Shown here: positions 1 to 9,688 of the stretch, one piece after another
Layout: every line of letters begins with the position of its first letter
Numbering within the stretch: position 1 is the first letter of the stretch
NCBI GenBank assembly: GCA_052246995.1
Contig: JBQPWD010000005.1
Coordinates: 1-64,000 of the forward strand
Direction of reading: 5' to 3'
Source: Candidatus Bathyarchaeota archaeon
GTDB lineage: Archaea; Thermoproteota; Bathyarchaeia; Hecatellales; Hecatellaceae
Length of the DNA: 64,000 bases
The notes under the pieces: generated by a model
Database searches by the model: none
The model's input: only the letters and a program-made list of their open reading frames with translations
Told to the model about the DNA's origin: nothing
Made by a program: the position numbers and the translations under genes

Positions 1-126
1 TTAAACTAACCTGCTCTTTTCTTAAACCTTCAATTTCTACCCATATTTTTGTCTGCTCCTCCCTTAAACTAACCTGCTCTTTTCTTAAACCTTCAATTTC
101 TACCCATATTTTTGTCTGCTCCTCTC
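1..126. repeat. 63-bp (21-codon) coding tandem repeat, at least 2 copies
   Basis: Bases 1-63 recur almost exactly at 64-126; encodes LREEQTKIWVEIEGLRKEQVS on the minus strand. Confidence 0.9.
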
Positions 127-262
127 TAAGCTTAACCTGCTCCTCAGCTATACTATCAAGCCTCTTCAGTATTTCAGATAAACCAAGATAGCCAGCAACA
201 GCATAACGAAACTTTAAATCCCTTTCCAGCAGCTCTAAAAACTCCTTTTTTAAAGATTCCAT
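1..262 (-). CDS. 5' part of a heptad-repeat coiled-coil protein (DUF3782/PD-(D/E)XK-type family), runs off window edge
   Basis: Hand translation MESLKKEFLELLERDLKFRYAVAGYLGLSEILKRLDSIAEEQVKLREEQTKIWVEIEGLRKEQVSLREEQ...; N-terminus closely resembles that of 26727..27557. Confidence 0.8.
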   Translation of the reverse strand, partial: MESLKKEFLELLERDLKFRYAVAGYLGLSEILKRLDSIAEEQVKLREEQTKIWVEIEGLRKEQVSLREEQTKIWVEIEGLRKEQVSL

Positions 263-542
263 CACAACCAACTATCATATAAGGGAGACAAACTGACACT
301 AATAAGGATTTTGTGGCAGATGAAAGGTAGGCTTAAACATAAAGTTTTAAGGAAAACGTAGAAGGGATTATTAAGGTGAGGCTTACATATTCAACGTGTT
401 TTTGGCTTTCTACCTTTAACCATGTAAAAAAGCCTTCTATTCTCTAGAGATTTTTCCAGCATGGTCTTTACAAACATAAATAACCTACCCACTACCTTAC
501 ATTTTAAACTTTGGATGATTTTGCTTTCCCTACATTCCACAA

Positions 543-564
543 TTTTGGTATAATTCTGAAAAAT
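543..564 (+). promoter_or_regulatory. Promoter/operator motif shared with 5124..5145
   Basis: TTTTGGTATAATTCTGAAAAAT followed by TATA-like TTTAAGTA; 21/22 identical to the reverse complement of 5124..5145. Confidence 0.55.
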
Positions 565-624
565 GTTTAAGTAGCAGCGTCAAAATTGGATAGTGTTGTA
601 TTGAGTTTGTAATGGTGTAACTTA

Positions 625-2850
625 GTGCCGTTAAAATTACTTGATGTAACTCCGTTAGCGGCAAAATTTTCTTTAAGGAAAACCTTACCGATGGGAATTA
701 TCCTACTATTGCTTACAACCACCTTAGGAGTGCTAATTCCATCTGCAACCGCCGGGTCGGTTTGGACTAGATCTAACTGTGTGGTGGCTAAAGCTGGAGA
801 TACCTTAAGCTTTGACATTACCTTATCTGTATACGCAGGAGTCCAGATAGATGGTTGGTTTGGAGATGTTTACACCTTCATGGTTACCGGATTGCCAAGT
901 GGCTGGTCTGCGAAGTTTTATCTTGGCAATGTTGAAGTAACATCCCTCAACATTAAGCTAGGTGAAACTGTAACCTTAAAGTTGAATATCGCCACATCCC
1001 CAACCACGGCTCCAGGCGACTACTATATAACGTTTACTGCACATTCAAGCTTAACTAGCGACTTATCACTTCCACTAACAGTCACAATACGTCCACCTGA
1101 AAGGCATGTTAAAATTAGTTCAGCATACCCTTACCTATCAAAAAGGGTGGGTGAGGTTCTCAGCTACCCTGTTACAATCTCCAACAATGGAGAGAAAGAT
1201 GAAATTTTAACCTTAAATGCAACTCTCCCGACAGGTTGGAATGTTAACTTCTTAACAGCTGATGGAAAGTCTATACGTGGATTACGTCTCGAGCCAAACC
1301 AATCACAACAACTTACAGTTGAATTTAATCCTCCTAAACTCGGAAAGGCTGGAATGTTAAACTTTACTGTTACTGCTACATCAGAAGATGGGTGTGTAAA
1401 CGCCACCCTCAATCTTAGAGCAGACATTTACGAGTCAAGCGTTGAACTAAAGTCTGCTACACCTCAGCTTTCAGGCTTAGCTGGAAACGTTTTCTCCTAT
1501 CCTATTACCCTCATAAATTACGGTGCGGATACCACCTTTAAAATATCAGCCATTAAGCTGCCAGCTGGATGGCAGGCAACATTTAAACTAGGAGATAAAC
1601 AAGTGCAAACCATATACTTGGAAAAGGGTTCAGCTATATCTTTAATCATGGAGTTAACCACACCATTAACCGCTACACATGGAGTCTACCAAATTGTAGT
1701 AGGCGCATCCTCAGATAATGAATCTACCAGCACCGAGCTTAAGCTTTGGGCCACAATACTACCACCTGAAAGAAAAATTTCAGTCAGCTCTTCCTACACT
1801 AACATCTCCATCCAGCAGGGGCAAACCATATCCATACCTATCACCATAAGCAATGAGGGATCTTGTGATGAACAAGTAAACCTTAACGTGGAGGCGCCTG
1901 AGGGATGGCAAACAATTTTCAAGTTAGAAAACACCAAAGTACAAGGTGTATATTTAAAGGCTGGGTTATCCAGAACTTTAAATGTTGAGTTAACTACACC
2001 CTCAACAACCGTTGGCAACTATCAAATTAAAATCTACATGTTTTCCTCAGACCAAGCTGTAAATGTCATCCAAACTTTTTGGGTGACAGTGCAAAGCCCT
2101 CCTGTTGAAATAAAGCTGAAACCAGTCCCACCATATTTAGACACGTATGGAGGAGTTGAAGCGCAATTTAAAATCCAAGTTTTAAATACAGGCGGGCTTG
2201 ACGTATTGCTTAATTTAGCCGCCGACGGACTTCCATCGGACTTTAGGGTTACCTTCAAAGACTCTGCAGGACGCCAGATAACAGCAATTTATGTGGAAGC
2301 TGGTCAATCAAAGGAGTTTTATGTGTCTGTTTCAACACCTAAGGGGCAGGAGCTAGGTGTAAAGAGATTTAGAGTTTCCGCATTCAACGATAAACTTCAA
2401 GAATACGTAGATTTAACGCTTAACGTTCTAGGCTTCTACAAGATTGAGTTGACAAACCAAAACTTTTACATTTCTACAAGCGTGGGCGGTGAAAACACGT
2501 ACACCTTGTATGTAAAGAATACTGGAAACATGGAGGTAACAAACGTGAAAACCGCAGTAACTGGGTCAACCCCTGACGGTTTCATCGTAAGCGTATCCCC
2601 AGATTCTATACAATCTTTGAAGGTAAACCAAGAGGCAAGCTTTGTAATCACAATTCAAACAGAAACAAATGTAAATGCTGGAAACTACTATGTTAACTTT
2701 CAAGTTATGTCTGACCAAACGGATCCTCTACCCTTTACATTAAGGGTGGAGGTTTTCCAGACTGTAAACTGGATTTTATACGCTGGAATTATTTTCATCG
2801 TTATGATTACAATGTTAATCCTAATTTACAGGAGGTTTGGGAGGAGGTAA
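625..2850 (+). CDS. Membrane-anchored surface protein with tandem NEW3/Ig-like domains (ABC-2 associated)
   Basis: Hydrophobic N-terminus, repeated 'LPxGWxxxF...G.Y.I' beta-sandwich units, C-terminal TM helix ending YRRFGRR; overlaps the ABC ATPase gene. Confidence 0.8.
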   Translation: MPLKLLDVTPLAAKFSLRKTLPMGIILLLLTTTLGVLIPSATAGSVWTRSNCVVAKAGDTLSFDITLSVYAGVQIDGWFGDVYTFMVTGLPSGWSAKFYLGNVEVTSLNIKLGETVTLKLNIATSPTTAPGDYYITFTAHSSLTSDLSLPLTVTIRPPERHVKISSAYPYLSKRVGEVLSYPVTISNNGEKDEILTLNATLPTGWNVNFLTADGKSIRGLRLEPNQSQQLTVEFNPPKLGKAGMLNFTVTATSEDGCVNATLNLRADIYESSVELKSATPQLSGLAGNVFSYPITLINYGADTTFKISAIKLPAGWQATFKLGDKQVQTIYLEKGSAISLIMELTTPLTATHGVYQIVVGASSDNESTSTELKLWATILPPERKISVSSSYTNISIQQGQTISIPITISNEGSCDEQVNLNVEAPEGWQTIFKLENTKVQGVYLKAGLSRTLNVELTTPSTTVGNYQIKIYMFSSDQAVNVIQTFWVTVQSPPVEIKLKPVPPYLDTYGGVEAQFKIQVLNTGGLDVLLNLAADGLPSDFRVTFKDSAGRQITAIYVEAGQSKEFYVSVSTPKGQELGVKRFRVSAFNDKLQEYVDLTLNVLGFYKIELTNQNFYISTSVGGENTYTLYVKNTGNMEVTNVKTAVTGSTPDGFIVSVSPDSIQSLKVNQEASFVITIQTETNVNAGNYYVNFQVMSDQTDPLPFTLRVEVFQTVNWILYAGIIFIVMITMLILIYRRFGRR

Positions 2851-3799
2851 AAAGTTGACGGAATATGTAATTGAAACTGAAGATTTAACCAAGATATACA
2901 AGTCTGAGGGTAAAAATGTGTTGGCACTAGACCATTTAAATCTAAAAGTTAAAAGAAACATAGTGTTTGGGCTGCTGGGCCCTAACGGCTCCGGCAAGAC
3001 AACCCTAATAATGACTTTAACCGGGTTGACTCTTCCAACAAGCGGCTCAGCCAGGGTTCTTGGATTTGACGTGGTGAAAGAATCGTTAAAAATCAGGAGG
3101 AAAGTTGGAGTTCTGCCTGAGGGTGCCGACTTCTACGACCATCTAACCGCTAAACAAAACCTACGATATATAGCTGCTTTAAACGATATCCCAAAAGGGG
3201 ATAGAGAAAAACGTGTAGAGGAAGTGTTAAAAATTGTTGGTTTGGAGGATGTTAAAGACAGGAAGGTTGGCGGATTCTCAAAGGGAATGAAGCAAAGGTT
3301 AGGGATAGCTCAAACCCTCCTAAAAGATCCTGACCTCCTCATATTTGACGAACCTACAGCAGGTTTAGACCCTGAAGCAGCTAAAGCCTTTAAAGAAATG
3401 GTTCTTAGATTTAGAGGTGAAGGAAAAACCGTGATGCTTAGCACTCATCTGCTTTTTGAGGTGGGACCTCTCTGCGACTACGTTGCAATAGTTAACCGCG
3501 GAAAAATAGCAGTTCAAGGAAATGTTAAGGAAATTGCTGAAAAATTTATGGTTGAAGAGGGTTACAATATTCGAGTTTTGGGAAGGGGGAATGTTGGAAA
3601 ATTTATTGAAGCCCTTGTAAACCTAAAGGGTGTGAAAAATGTGAAGTTGGAGAGGGAATACGTTATTATCAATGCGGCTGGTGATGTTAGAGTTGAAGTT
3701 GGTAAACTGGCGTCGGAGTGCGGGGTGGAGGTTGGCACACTAGAATTGTTAATACCATCCTTGGAGGACATCTTTATAAAATACTATAAGGGTGGGTGA
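2837..3799 (+). CDS. ABC-2 type exporter ATP-binding protein
   Basis: Walker A GPNGSGKT, signature FSKGMKQR, Walker B LIFDEP, H-loop LSTH. Confidence 0.95.
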   Translation: MGGGKKLTEYVIETEDLTKIYKSEGKNVLALDHLNLKVKRNIVFGLLGPNGSGKTTLIMTLTGLTLPTSGSARVLGFDVVKESLKIRRKVGVLPEGADFYDHLTAKQNLRYIAALNDIPKGDREKRVEEVLKIVGLEDVKDRKVGGFSKGMKQRLGIAQTLLKDPDLLIFDEPTAGLDPEAAKAFKEMVLRFRGEGKTVMLSTHLLFEVGPLCDYVAIVNRGKIAVQGNVKEIAEKFMVEEGYNIRVLGRGNVGKFIEALVNLKGVKNVKLEREYVIINAAGDVRVEVGKLASECGVEVGTLELLIPSLEDIFIKYYKGG

Positions 3800-4799
3800 T
3801 AACATGGCTGACGTTTTTGTTGTTGCATCAAAAGAATTTTCAGACATTGTAAAAGGTAAAAGGTTTATTATTCTTCTAGCTGTTTTTGCGCTTTTAATGA
3901 CTGCCGCGGTGGCGAGCACATATACATCACAAACTCAAGGGATGTTCACATCGCTTGGACTGTCAAGAGGTTTCCTCCGTTTAGTGGCTTCCACCTTAAC
4001 CACTATGATGGCGTACTTTGCACCTATACTAGGTATAGCCCTAGGTGTTGACACCATCTCAGGGGAAAGGGAGAAGGGTACCCTAAAGATGGTTCTCTCC
4101 CAACCCATTTTTAGAGACACTTTCATCAACGGAAAGTTTTTAGGAACTTTTCTGGCAATCTCCCTGGCGGTGTCGGTAGTTTCATTTATAGAGGTTAGTG
4201 GATGTATACTGGTTCTTGGAATAACACCTACAATCGATGATACTGTTAGACTTGTACTTTTCGTGTTGTTCTCTATACTCTACACCATGACCTACTATGG
4301 TATAGCTGTATTCATCTCAACAGCTGCGAAAAAGACAACGGTAAGCGTTATTGCTAGTGTTATGTTATGGGCTACATTAACGTTTATAATGCCCATTGTT
4401 GCCTCCCTAGTTGCATCGTCCATGGTGCCTATCAGAATACAACCAGGCCAAAACATCACCATCATTCGCCAAGGTGCTGGAAATATAACTATCGAACAAC
4501 AACAATTAATGGAGGCACTTAGCAAACGAGCAGCTATTTCAGAGACAGTAAACATGTTTACACCCAACTACCACTTTACTAGGATTGCCCAGTACATTTT
4601 GCAAGCATATGTAAGGGTGGGATTCGGGGGATTTGTCATTGAAGGTGCTGGCAGGGGTGTAGTAAGTGAAACTCAAAGAGCCGTTTCCATCATGGAAAAT
4701 TTGTCTTCAACTTGGCCAAATATACTGGTGCTAGTAGTTATAACAGCCTTCATATTCATAGCCACATACCTGCTGTTTGTAAGGCAGGAAGCTAGATAA
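3792..4799 (+). CDS. ABC-2 type permease
   Basis: KEF N-terminal motif, DTISGEREKGTLKMVLSQPI motif, about 6 TM helices. Confidence 0.9.
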   Translation: MGDNMADVFVVASKEFSDIVKGKRFIILLAVFALLMTAAVASTYTSQTQGMFTSLGLSRGFLRLVASTLTTMMAYFAPILGIALGVDTISGEREKGTLKMVLSQPIFRDTFINGKFLGTFLAISLAVSVVSFIEVSGCILVLGITPTIDDTVRLVLFVLFSILYTMTYYGIAVFISTAAKKTTVSVIASVMLWATLTFIMPIVASLVASSMVPIRIQPGQNITIIRQGAGNITIEQQQLMEALSKRAAISETVNMFTPNYHFTRIAQYILQAYVRVGFGGFVIEGAGRGVVSETQRAVSIMENLSSTWPNILVLVVITAFIFIATYLLFVRQEAR

Positions 4800-4857
4800 C
4801 CAAAAATATACGTCATCATGGTTACAACATGCAGGATAAAGTGGAATGTTTCCACTG

Positions 4858-5075
4858 TTAAGGCTTTTCGATTACTGTTAATGTCGAATAGCTATTTTTG
4901 CGGTTTTTTCCTGTTCTAAGTCCACCAAAACTATTGTCTGTCCATTTACATCCTTACCCAGCACTATAATAACTGTTACAGCAAAATCTACAACAACGCC
5001 ATCTCCTTTAACAACTGTTGCGAATATTGGCCTGACACGTGTAATGTTGTATCCTTCATTTAAAAGATTTTGACC
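4858..5075 (-). pseudogene. Relic (3' fragment, frameshifted) of a hypothetical gene
   Basis: Start-less frame GQNLLNEGYNITRVRPIFATVVKGDGVVVDFAVTVIIVLGKDVNGQTIVLVDLEQEKTAKIAI, continuing in another frame as TLTVIEKP*; lies downstream of the 5124..5145 motif. Confidence 0.45.
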
Positions 5076-5123
5076 TCCATACTATTAGGTGTTATAAGAC
5101 GAACACTACGGTTTATTTAAAGG

Positions 5124-5177
5124 ATTTTTCAGAATTATATCAAAACATTGTCAAAATTTATCATACGTACAGTATGA
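5124..5177. promoter_or_regulatory. Divergent promoter region with a shared 22-bp motif and a TCATAC-N5-GTATGA palindrome
   Basis: 5124..5145 matches 543..564 in inverted orientation; palindrome at 5161..5177 lies upstream of a TATA-like TTTTTAATA and the HTH gene. Confidence 0.5.
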
Positions 5178-5243
5178 CAAGTCTTTTTAATAAGCGACGG
5201 TACATCTTTTAATCATTAAACTCTAATAAGAAAGGTCAGCCAT

Positions 5244-5588
5244 TTGGGGGCCGTTCAGATGTTTGAAAACACTCGCCCCCTTAAATATCTTCTTGGCTGG
5301 TTGATAGCTGGCACTAGAGGGGGCTCAACACGAGCAAAGATAATTCAAGCCTTAAGGGAGACCCCGCGAAACGCAAATCAACTGGCAAACCTGCTTAAAA
5401 TGGATTATAGAACTATAAGACATCATCTTGAAGTTCTTGAGAAAAACAGGCTTATTGTGTCTGCTGGTGAAGAATATGGGAAAACCTATTTTCTATCCCC
5501 AATTATTGAGGAAAATTACGCCTTGTTTGAGGAAATTTTGAAAAAGTTTGGAAAAAGTAGAAAAGGAGGTAAAGCAAATGAATCATGA
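5244..5588 (+). CDS. Winged-helix (ArsR-like) transcriptional regulator
   Basis: GTRGGSTRAKII..PRNANQLANLLKMDYRTIRHHLEVLEKN HTH; true start may be the ATG of MFENT. Confidence 0.85.
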   Translation: MGAVQMFENTRPLKYLLGWLIAGTRGGSTRAKIIQALRETPRNANQLANLLKMDYRTIRHHLEVLEKNRLIVSAGEEYGKTYFLSPIIEENYALFEEILKKFGKSRKGGKANES

Positions 5589-6030
5589 AATGAATGGAAA
5601 TCCAAGAATTTGGCTACTGCTGGTGCTACTCTCAATTCTGGTAGCTGCCGCCATCTTAACAGCCATATGGGCAGCCTCAACATTCTGGTATCCAAGGCTT
5701 CCATGGCAACCACCGGAACGCCCCCCATACATTCCATGGGATATTGAATTTTTTTACATAGCTAAAACCGTGATCTGCACAATAAACTCAATTATTCTAA
5801 CCTTCTTAGTGTTTGTGTACATCAGTATATACAGAAAAATCCACTCAGAATTCACGTTAGGCCTAACAATTTTTTCGACAGCTCTCCTTCTTTACGCATT
5901 GGCATCTAACCCTATAATAATAAGAGCCTTCGGCTTTAGACTCTTTGGCTTAGGACCGTTTGCATTACTACCAGACCTCTTCACCTTTGCAGCCTTAATT
6001 GTCCTACTTTACCTCAGCATCAAATACTAA
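5578..6030 (+). CDS. Four-TM membrane protein coupled to the HTH regulator
   Basis: GGAGGT SD before ATG 5578; hydrophobic helices; YRKIHSEFTLGL motif. Confidence 0.7.
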   Translation: MNHEMNGNPRIWLLLVLLSILVAAAILTAIWAASTFWYPRLPWQPPERPPYIPWDIEFFYIAKTVICTINSIILTFLVFVYISIYRKIHSEFTLGLTIFSTALLLYALASNPIIIRAFGFRLFGLGPFALLPDLFTFAALIVLLYLSIKY

Positions 6031-6247
6031 CTTAATCTTTCTTTTTCTAAACAACATACTTTGGTTAACCTTTTAGCTTTAGCATTGATGAGGCAGTATA
6101 ATATAACTCAATTTTGATGCTTACTATGCCACCGCAGCTCTAAACCAAGTCCCAGACCACATAATAATCTCAAAAGATACAGTTTTCAACAAGATAGCGG
6201 GAATAAAAAGAAAAACCCACTGCAATTTAAGTTAACTGAAGAAAATT

Positions 6248-7072
6248 TTAGTAGCTTCTTTTTCTACATCCACTTATACAGCCGTTTTTTATCTCATTTG
6301 CAAGCTTAGCTATTTTAGGCAGTTTTTGTAAAGGGTTTTCCAAGTTTTCCGTGTATATTCTTGCGTATGCACTTCCAACAACAACACCATCAGCCCCAGC
6401 AGAAACCAAGGTTTCAGCATGCTTCCTTTTTGAAACTCCAAAACCAACTATTAGGGGTTTGTTAACCGTTTCTTTAACTTTTTCTATCAGCTTAATTGTG
6501 GTTTTTAGGCTTCTTATTTTTGAGCCTGTAACACCTTCAAGACCTATAAGGTATATAAAACCTGAAGCTTCAGCCAATATTTTTTCACATCTTTCTGGAG
6601 ATGTTGTTGGTGCAACTTGAAGTATTAAATGCATTTTTCGCTTTTTAACCATCTCCATAAAGGGTTTTGCCTCTTCAAATGGAAGGTCTGGAATTAAAAC
6701 TGCTTGAACACCGGCTACAGCTATTTTATCTAAAAACTTTTCAAAACCCATTGTGTATGGTATGTTAAAGTAAGTTGTTACAACTATCGGCGTGTCTAAC
6801 CCTTCAAACCTAAGCCTTTCAATACCTTTAATACATTTTTCAGGAGTTACACCAGCTTTTAAGGCTCTTTCACAGGCAGCTTGAAAAGTTGCCCCGTCAG
6901 CTATAGGGTCTGAAAAAGGTATGCCAAACTCTATTATGTCTGCACCGTTTCCAGCCAAAGTTTTTATAAGGCTGATGGAAAAATCCTCGTTTGGGTCACC
7001 ATAGTAAACATGTGCCATGTGGACTCCTTCTGCACGTTTTTTTAATGTTTGGATTTTATCTTCAAGCTCCAT
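6248..7072 (-). CDS. trpA: Tryptophan synthase alpha chain
   Basis: IEFGIPFSDPIADG, VGFGVS and ADGVVVGSA motifs. Confidence 0.97.
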   Translation of the reverse strand: MELEDKIQTLKKRAEGVHMAHVYYGDPNEDFSISLIKTLAGNGADIIEFGIPFSDPIADGATFQAACERALKAGVTPEKCIKGIERLRFEGLDTPIVVTTYFNIPYTMGFEKFLDKIAVAGVQAVLIPDLPFEEAKPFMEMVKKRKMHLILQVAPTTSPERCEKILAEASGFIYLIGLEGVTGSKIRSLKTTIKLIEKVKETVNKPLIVGFGVSKRKHAETLVSAGADGVVVGSAYARIYTENLENPLQKLPKIAKLANEIKNGCISGCRKRSY

Positions 7073-8234
7073 AAAAATACCTCAAAATGGTTTCTATGTC
7101 CTTATCTCCCCTTCCAGAGTAGTTTATAACTACAATCTCATTTTGACCAAATTCTTCAGGATGGTTTAGGACGTAGGCTACGGCGTGAGCCGTTTCAAGT
7201 GCAGGTATAAGCCCCTCTGTTTTACACATAACTTTAACAGCTTCAAACACCTCTTTATCAAAAGCATAGCAGGGTTTAACCCTCCCAATTTCACACAAAT
7301 AAGATATCTCAGGCCCCCTTCCAGGATAGTTTAACCCAGCAGCCCTTGTTTTTGAAGGTCTAATTTGGCCATACTCGTCCTGCAACACCTGCATTAGGCT
7401 TCCATGTAAAACCCCAGGCCTACCAAGTTGAAAGGCTGCAGCGCTGTTTTCCGCGTTTAGGTTTTCTCCACCACCCTCAACAAAATAAAGCCTAACTTCA
7501 GCATTATCAATAAAAGGTTTGAAGGCGCCTATGGCGTTGCTTCCCCCACTTCCACAAGCAACTATGGCGTCTGGAAGGCAGCCTTCCTTTTCAAGAATCT
7601 GTTGTTTAATCTCCTGACCTATCACGCTTTGAAATGTTGCTACAATTGTTGGAAACGGATGAGGCCCAACAGTAGACCCCATCAGGTAGTGGGTTGTTCT
7701 GGAACATGAAGCCCACTCTCTAAGAGTTTCCGATACTGCATCCTTTAAAACACCTGCCCCAGTTTTTATAGGTCTTATTTTTGCCCCAAGAAGCTTCATC
7801 TTTTTAACGTTGGAGGCTTGTCGTTGAATATCCTTTATACCCATAAAAATTTCTGTTTTTAAACCACAAATATTACCAGCCATAACTGTTGCTAAACCAT
7901 GCTGGCCAGCAGCTGTTTCTGTTATTAAACGTTTCTTCCCCATTTTCTTGGCCAGCAACGCTTGTCCTAAGGTGTTGTTAAGCTTATGTGAACCTCCACA
8001 AAGTAAGTCTTCACGTTTAAGGTAAACCTTAAAACCAACAGTTTTGCTAAAGTTTTTAGCATAATAAAGCGGGGTGGGTCTTCCACCATAATCTCTTAAA
8101 AGCCCTGTAAATTCCTGCTGAAACTCTTGAGTTGGATAGATTTTTTCAAAAGCTTCTTCAAGCTCTATTAACGCTTGCATTAAAATTTCACTTACATACT
8201 GCCCACCGTACCTGCCAAACCTTCCCTTTAACAT
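7062..8234 (-). CDS. trpB: Tryptophan synthase beta chain (TrpB1 type)
   Basis: GRFGRYGGQYV, KREDL..GSHKLNN (PLP Lys), SGRGDKD. Confidence 0.97.
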   Translation of the reverse strand: MLKGRFGRYGGQYVSEILMQALIELEEAFEKIYPTQEFQQEFTGLLRDYGGRPTPLYYAKNFSKTVGFKVYLKREDLLCGGSHKLNNTLGQALLAKKMGKKRLITETAAGQHGLATVMAGNICGLKTEIFMGIKDIQRQASNVKKMKLLGAKIRPIKTGAGVLKDAVSETLREWASCSRTTHYLMGSTVGPHPFPTIVATFQSVIGQEIKQQILEKEGCLPDAIVACGSGGSNAIGAFKPFIDNAEVRLYFVEGGGENLNAENSAAAFQLGRPGVLHGSLMQVLQDEYGQIRPSKTRAAGLNYPGRGPEISYLCEIGRVKPCYAFDKEVFEAVKVMCKTEGLIPALETAHAVAYVLNHPEEFGQNEIVVINYSGRGDKDIETILRYFYGA

Positions 8235-8246
8235 CTTAAAACCTCC

Positions 8247-8909
8247 TTAGGTATCTGCTAAACACACTTGTTTTGCGTTTTTTATGAAAGCTTCAACCTT
8301 TGCATAATCCTTCACACCTGGTTTCGCCTCAACCCCTGTTGAAACATCCACCGCATAGGGCTTAACAGTTAAAACGGCTTCTTTAACGTTTTCAGCATTT
8401 AAGCCTCCAGCCAGTATTAACGGCTTAGGATGGATGGCTTCTTTAATGCGTTTGCTTACCATCCAGTTATGGGTTAAACCTGTCCCTCCATGTTTTCCAG
8501 CTATCCAAGAATCTAGTAGGATAGCATCAAAAAACTTTGCAGCTTTAACAGCCTCTTGAACAGCCTCCTCAGATTTAACATTCACACCTTTAACTAGAAT
8601 AGCATCTGAAAGTTTTTCTCTTAATGTTGCTGTTTCAAGGGTAAATTCTCCATGAATTTGAATTATGTCGGGCTTTAACCTTTCATAAAGATTTAAAACT
8701 GTTTCTAAACTTTGGGGAGTGAGCACTAAAACACTTTTCACAAAAATTGGAACACTCCTAAACAGTTCTTCAGCTTTCTCCAACGATAAGTTTCGCGGTG
8801 AACTTGGAACTCCAACAACAAAACCTACGGCGTCAGCACCCAAACTACAAACTACTTCAAGGTCCTTTATACTGGTAATTCCGCAAATCTTAACCTTAAC
8901 TGTTCTCAT
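8247..8909 (-). CDS. trpF: Phosphoribosylanthranilate isomerase
   Basis: VKICGIT, GGTG, LAGGLNAENV, DVSTGVE. Confidence 0.96.
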   Translation of the reverse strand: MRTVKVKICGITSIKDLEVVCSLGADAVGFVVGVPSSPRNLSLEKAEELFRSVPIFVKSVLVLTPQSLETVLNLYERLKPDIIQIHGEFTLETATLREKLSDAILVKGVNVKSEEAVQEAVKAAKFFDAILLDSWIAGKHGGTGLTHNWMVSKRIKEAIHPKPLILAGGLNAENVKEAVLTVKPYAVDVSTGVEAKPGVKDYAKVEAFIKNAKQVCLADT

Positions 8910-9688
8910 AAACCATGCACAAGCTCCCTAACCTTCTTTTCAACATCTTCAGCTAACATAAATGCTGAACCAACAAGAAAAGCATCAGCCCCACAAGCCC
9001 TTAGAAACCTTATATCACAAGCATTTTGGATTCCACTTTCACTTACAACAATTTTTCCGCAATTTTTTACACCAGCTAACACTTGTTCAGTTACTTTTAA
9101 ATCAACTTTTAGGGTTTTTAAGTCTCTGTTGTTTACGCCTATTATGTCGGCATCCGTCTTAAGCGCCGCCATAAACTCGTCTTTAGTATGAGTTTCCAAA
9201 ACTACTTCAAGGCCAAGTTGATGGGCAAGCTGAATTACTTCTTTAAGAGAATGGTTAGTGTAACCTTGTTGAAATATTGCATATATAAGTAATATAGCGT
9301 TGGCGCCAAGTTTTGAAGCAGCCTCCACCTGAAGAAGATCAACAACAACATCCTTCATCAATATTGGAAGGTTGGTGTGGTTTCGCGCTTCTTTAAGGGC
9401 TTTAAGGGATCCTCCAAAGTGTTTAGGTTCCGTCAACACAGATATTCCAACAGCACCTCCACGTTCCAATGCTTTAACAATTTCTGCTAAGTTGCTGATT
9501 TTCCTTAAAACGCCATAAGATGGGGAACGAGGCTTAACTTCAGCAATTATAGGTGTATTTTTACACTTTTTTATAGAGGTTTTTAAGCTTATACGGCATC
9601 TTGGAAAGTTTTCCTCACCTACGTTGTAGTATCCGGACATTACGGTTTTAACGGCATCTTGAGCCAAAATGTCGAGAAAATCAGCCAT
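8906..9688 (-). CDS. trpC: Indole-3-glycerol phosphate synthase
   Basis: IIAEVKPRSPS, SVLTEP, GVNNRDL, VSESGI; start placed at MADFLD, overlapping the trpD stop. Confidence 0.95.
   Translation of the reverse strand: MADFLDILAQDAVKTVMSGYYNVGEENFPRCRISLKTSIKKCKNTPIIAEVKPRSPSYGVLRKISNLAEIVKALERGGAVGISVLTEPKHFGGSLKALKEARNHTNLPILMKDVVVDLLQVEAASKLGANAILLIYAIFQQGYTNHSLKEVIQLAHQLGLEVVLETHTKDEFMAALKTDADIIGVNNRDLKTLKVDLKVTEQVLAGVKNCGKIVVSESGIQNACDIRFLRACGADAFLVGSAFMLAEDVEKKVRELVHGL

Noticed and set aside
1-126. Tandem repeats here and at 26825..27165 as a CRISPR array
   Set aside because: Unit lengths are multiples of 21 bp with no unique spacers, they are in-frame coding heptads, and no cas genes are present
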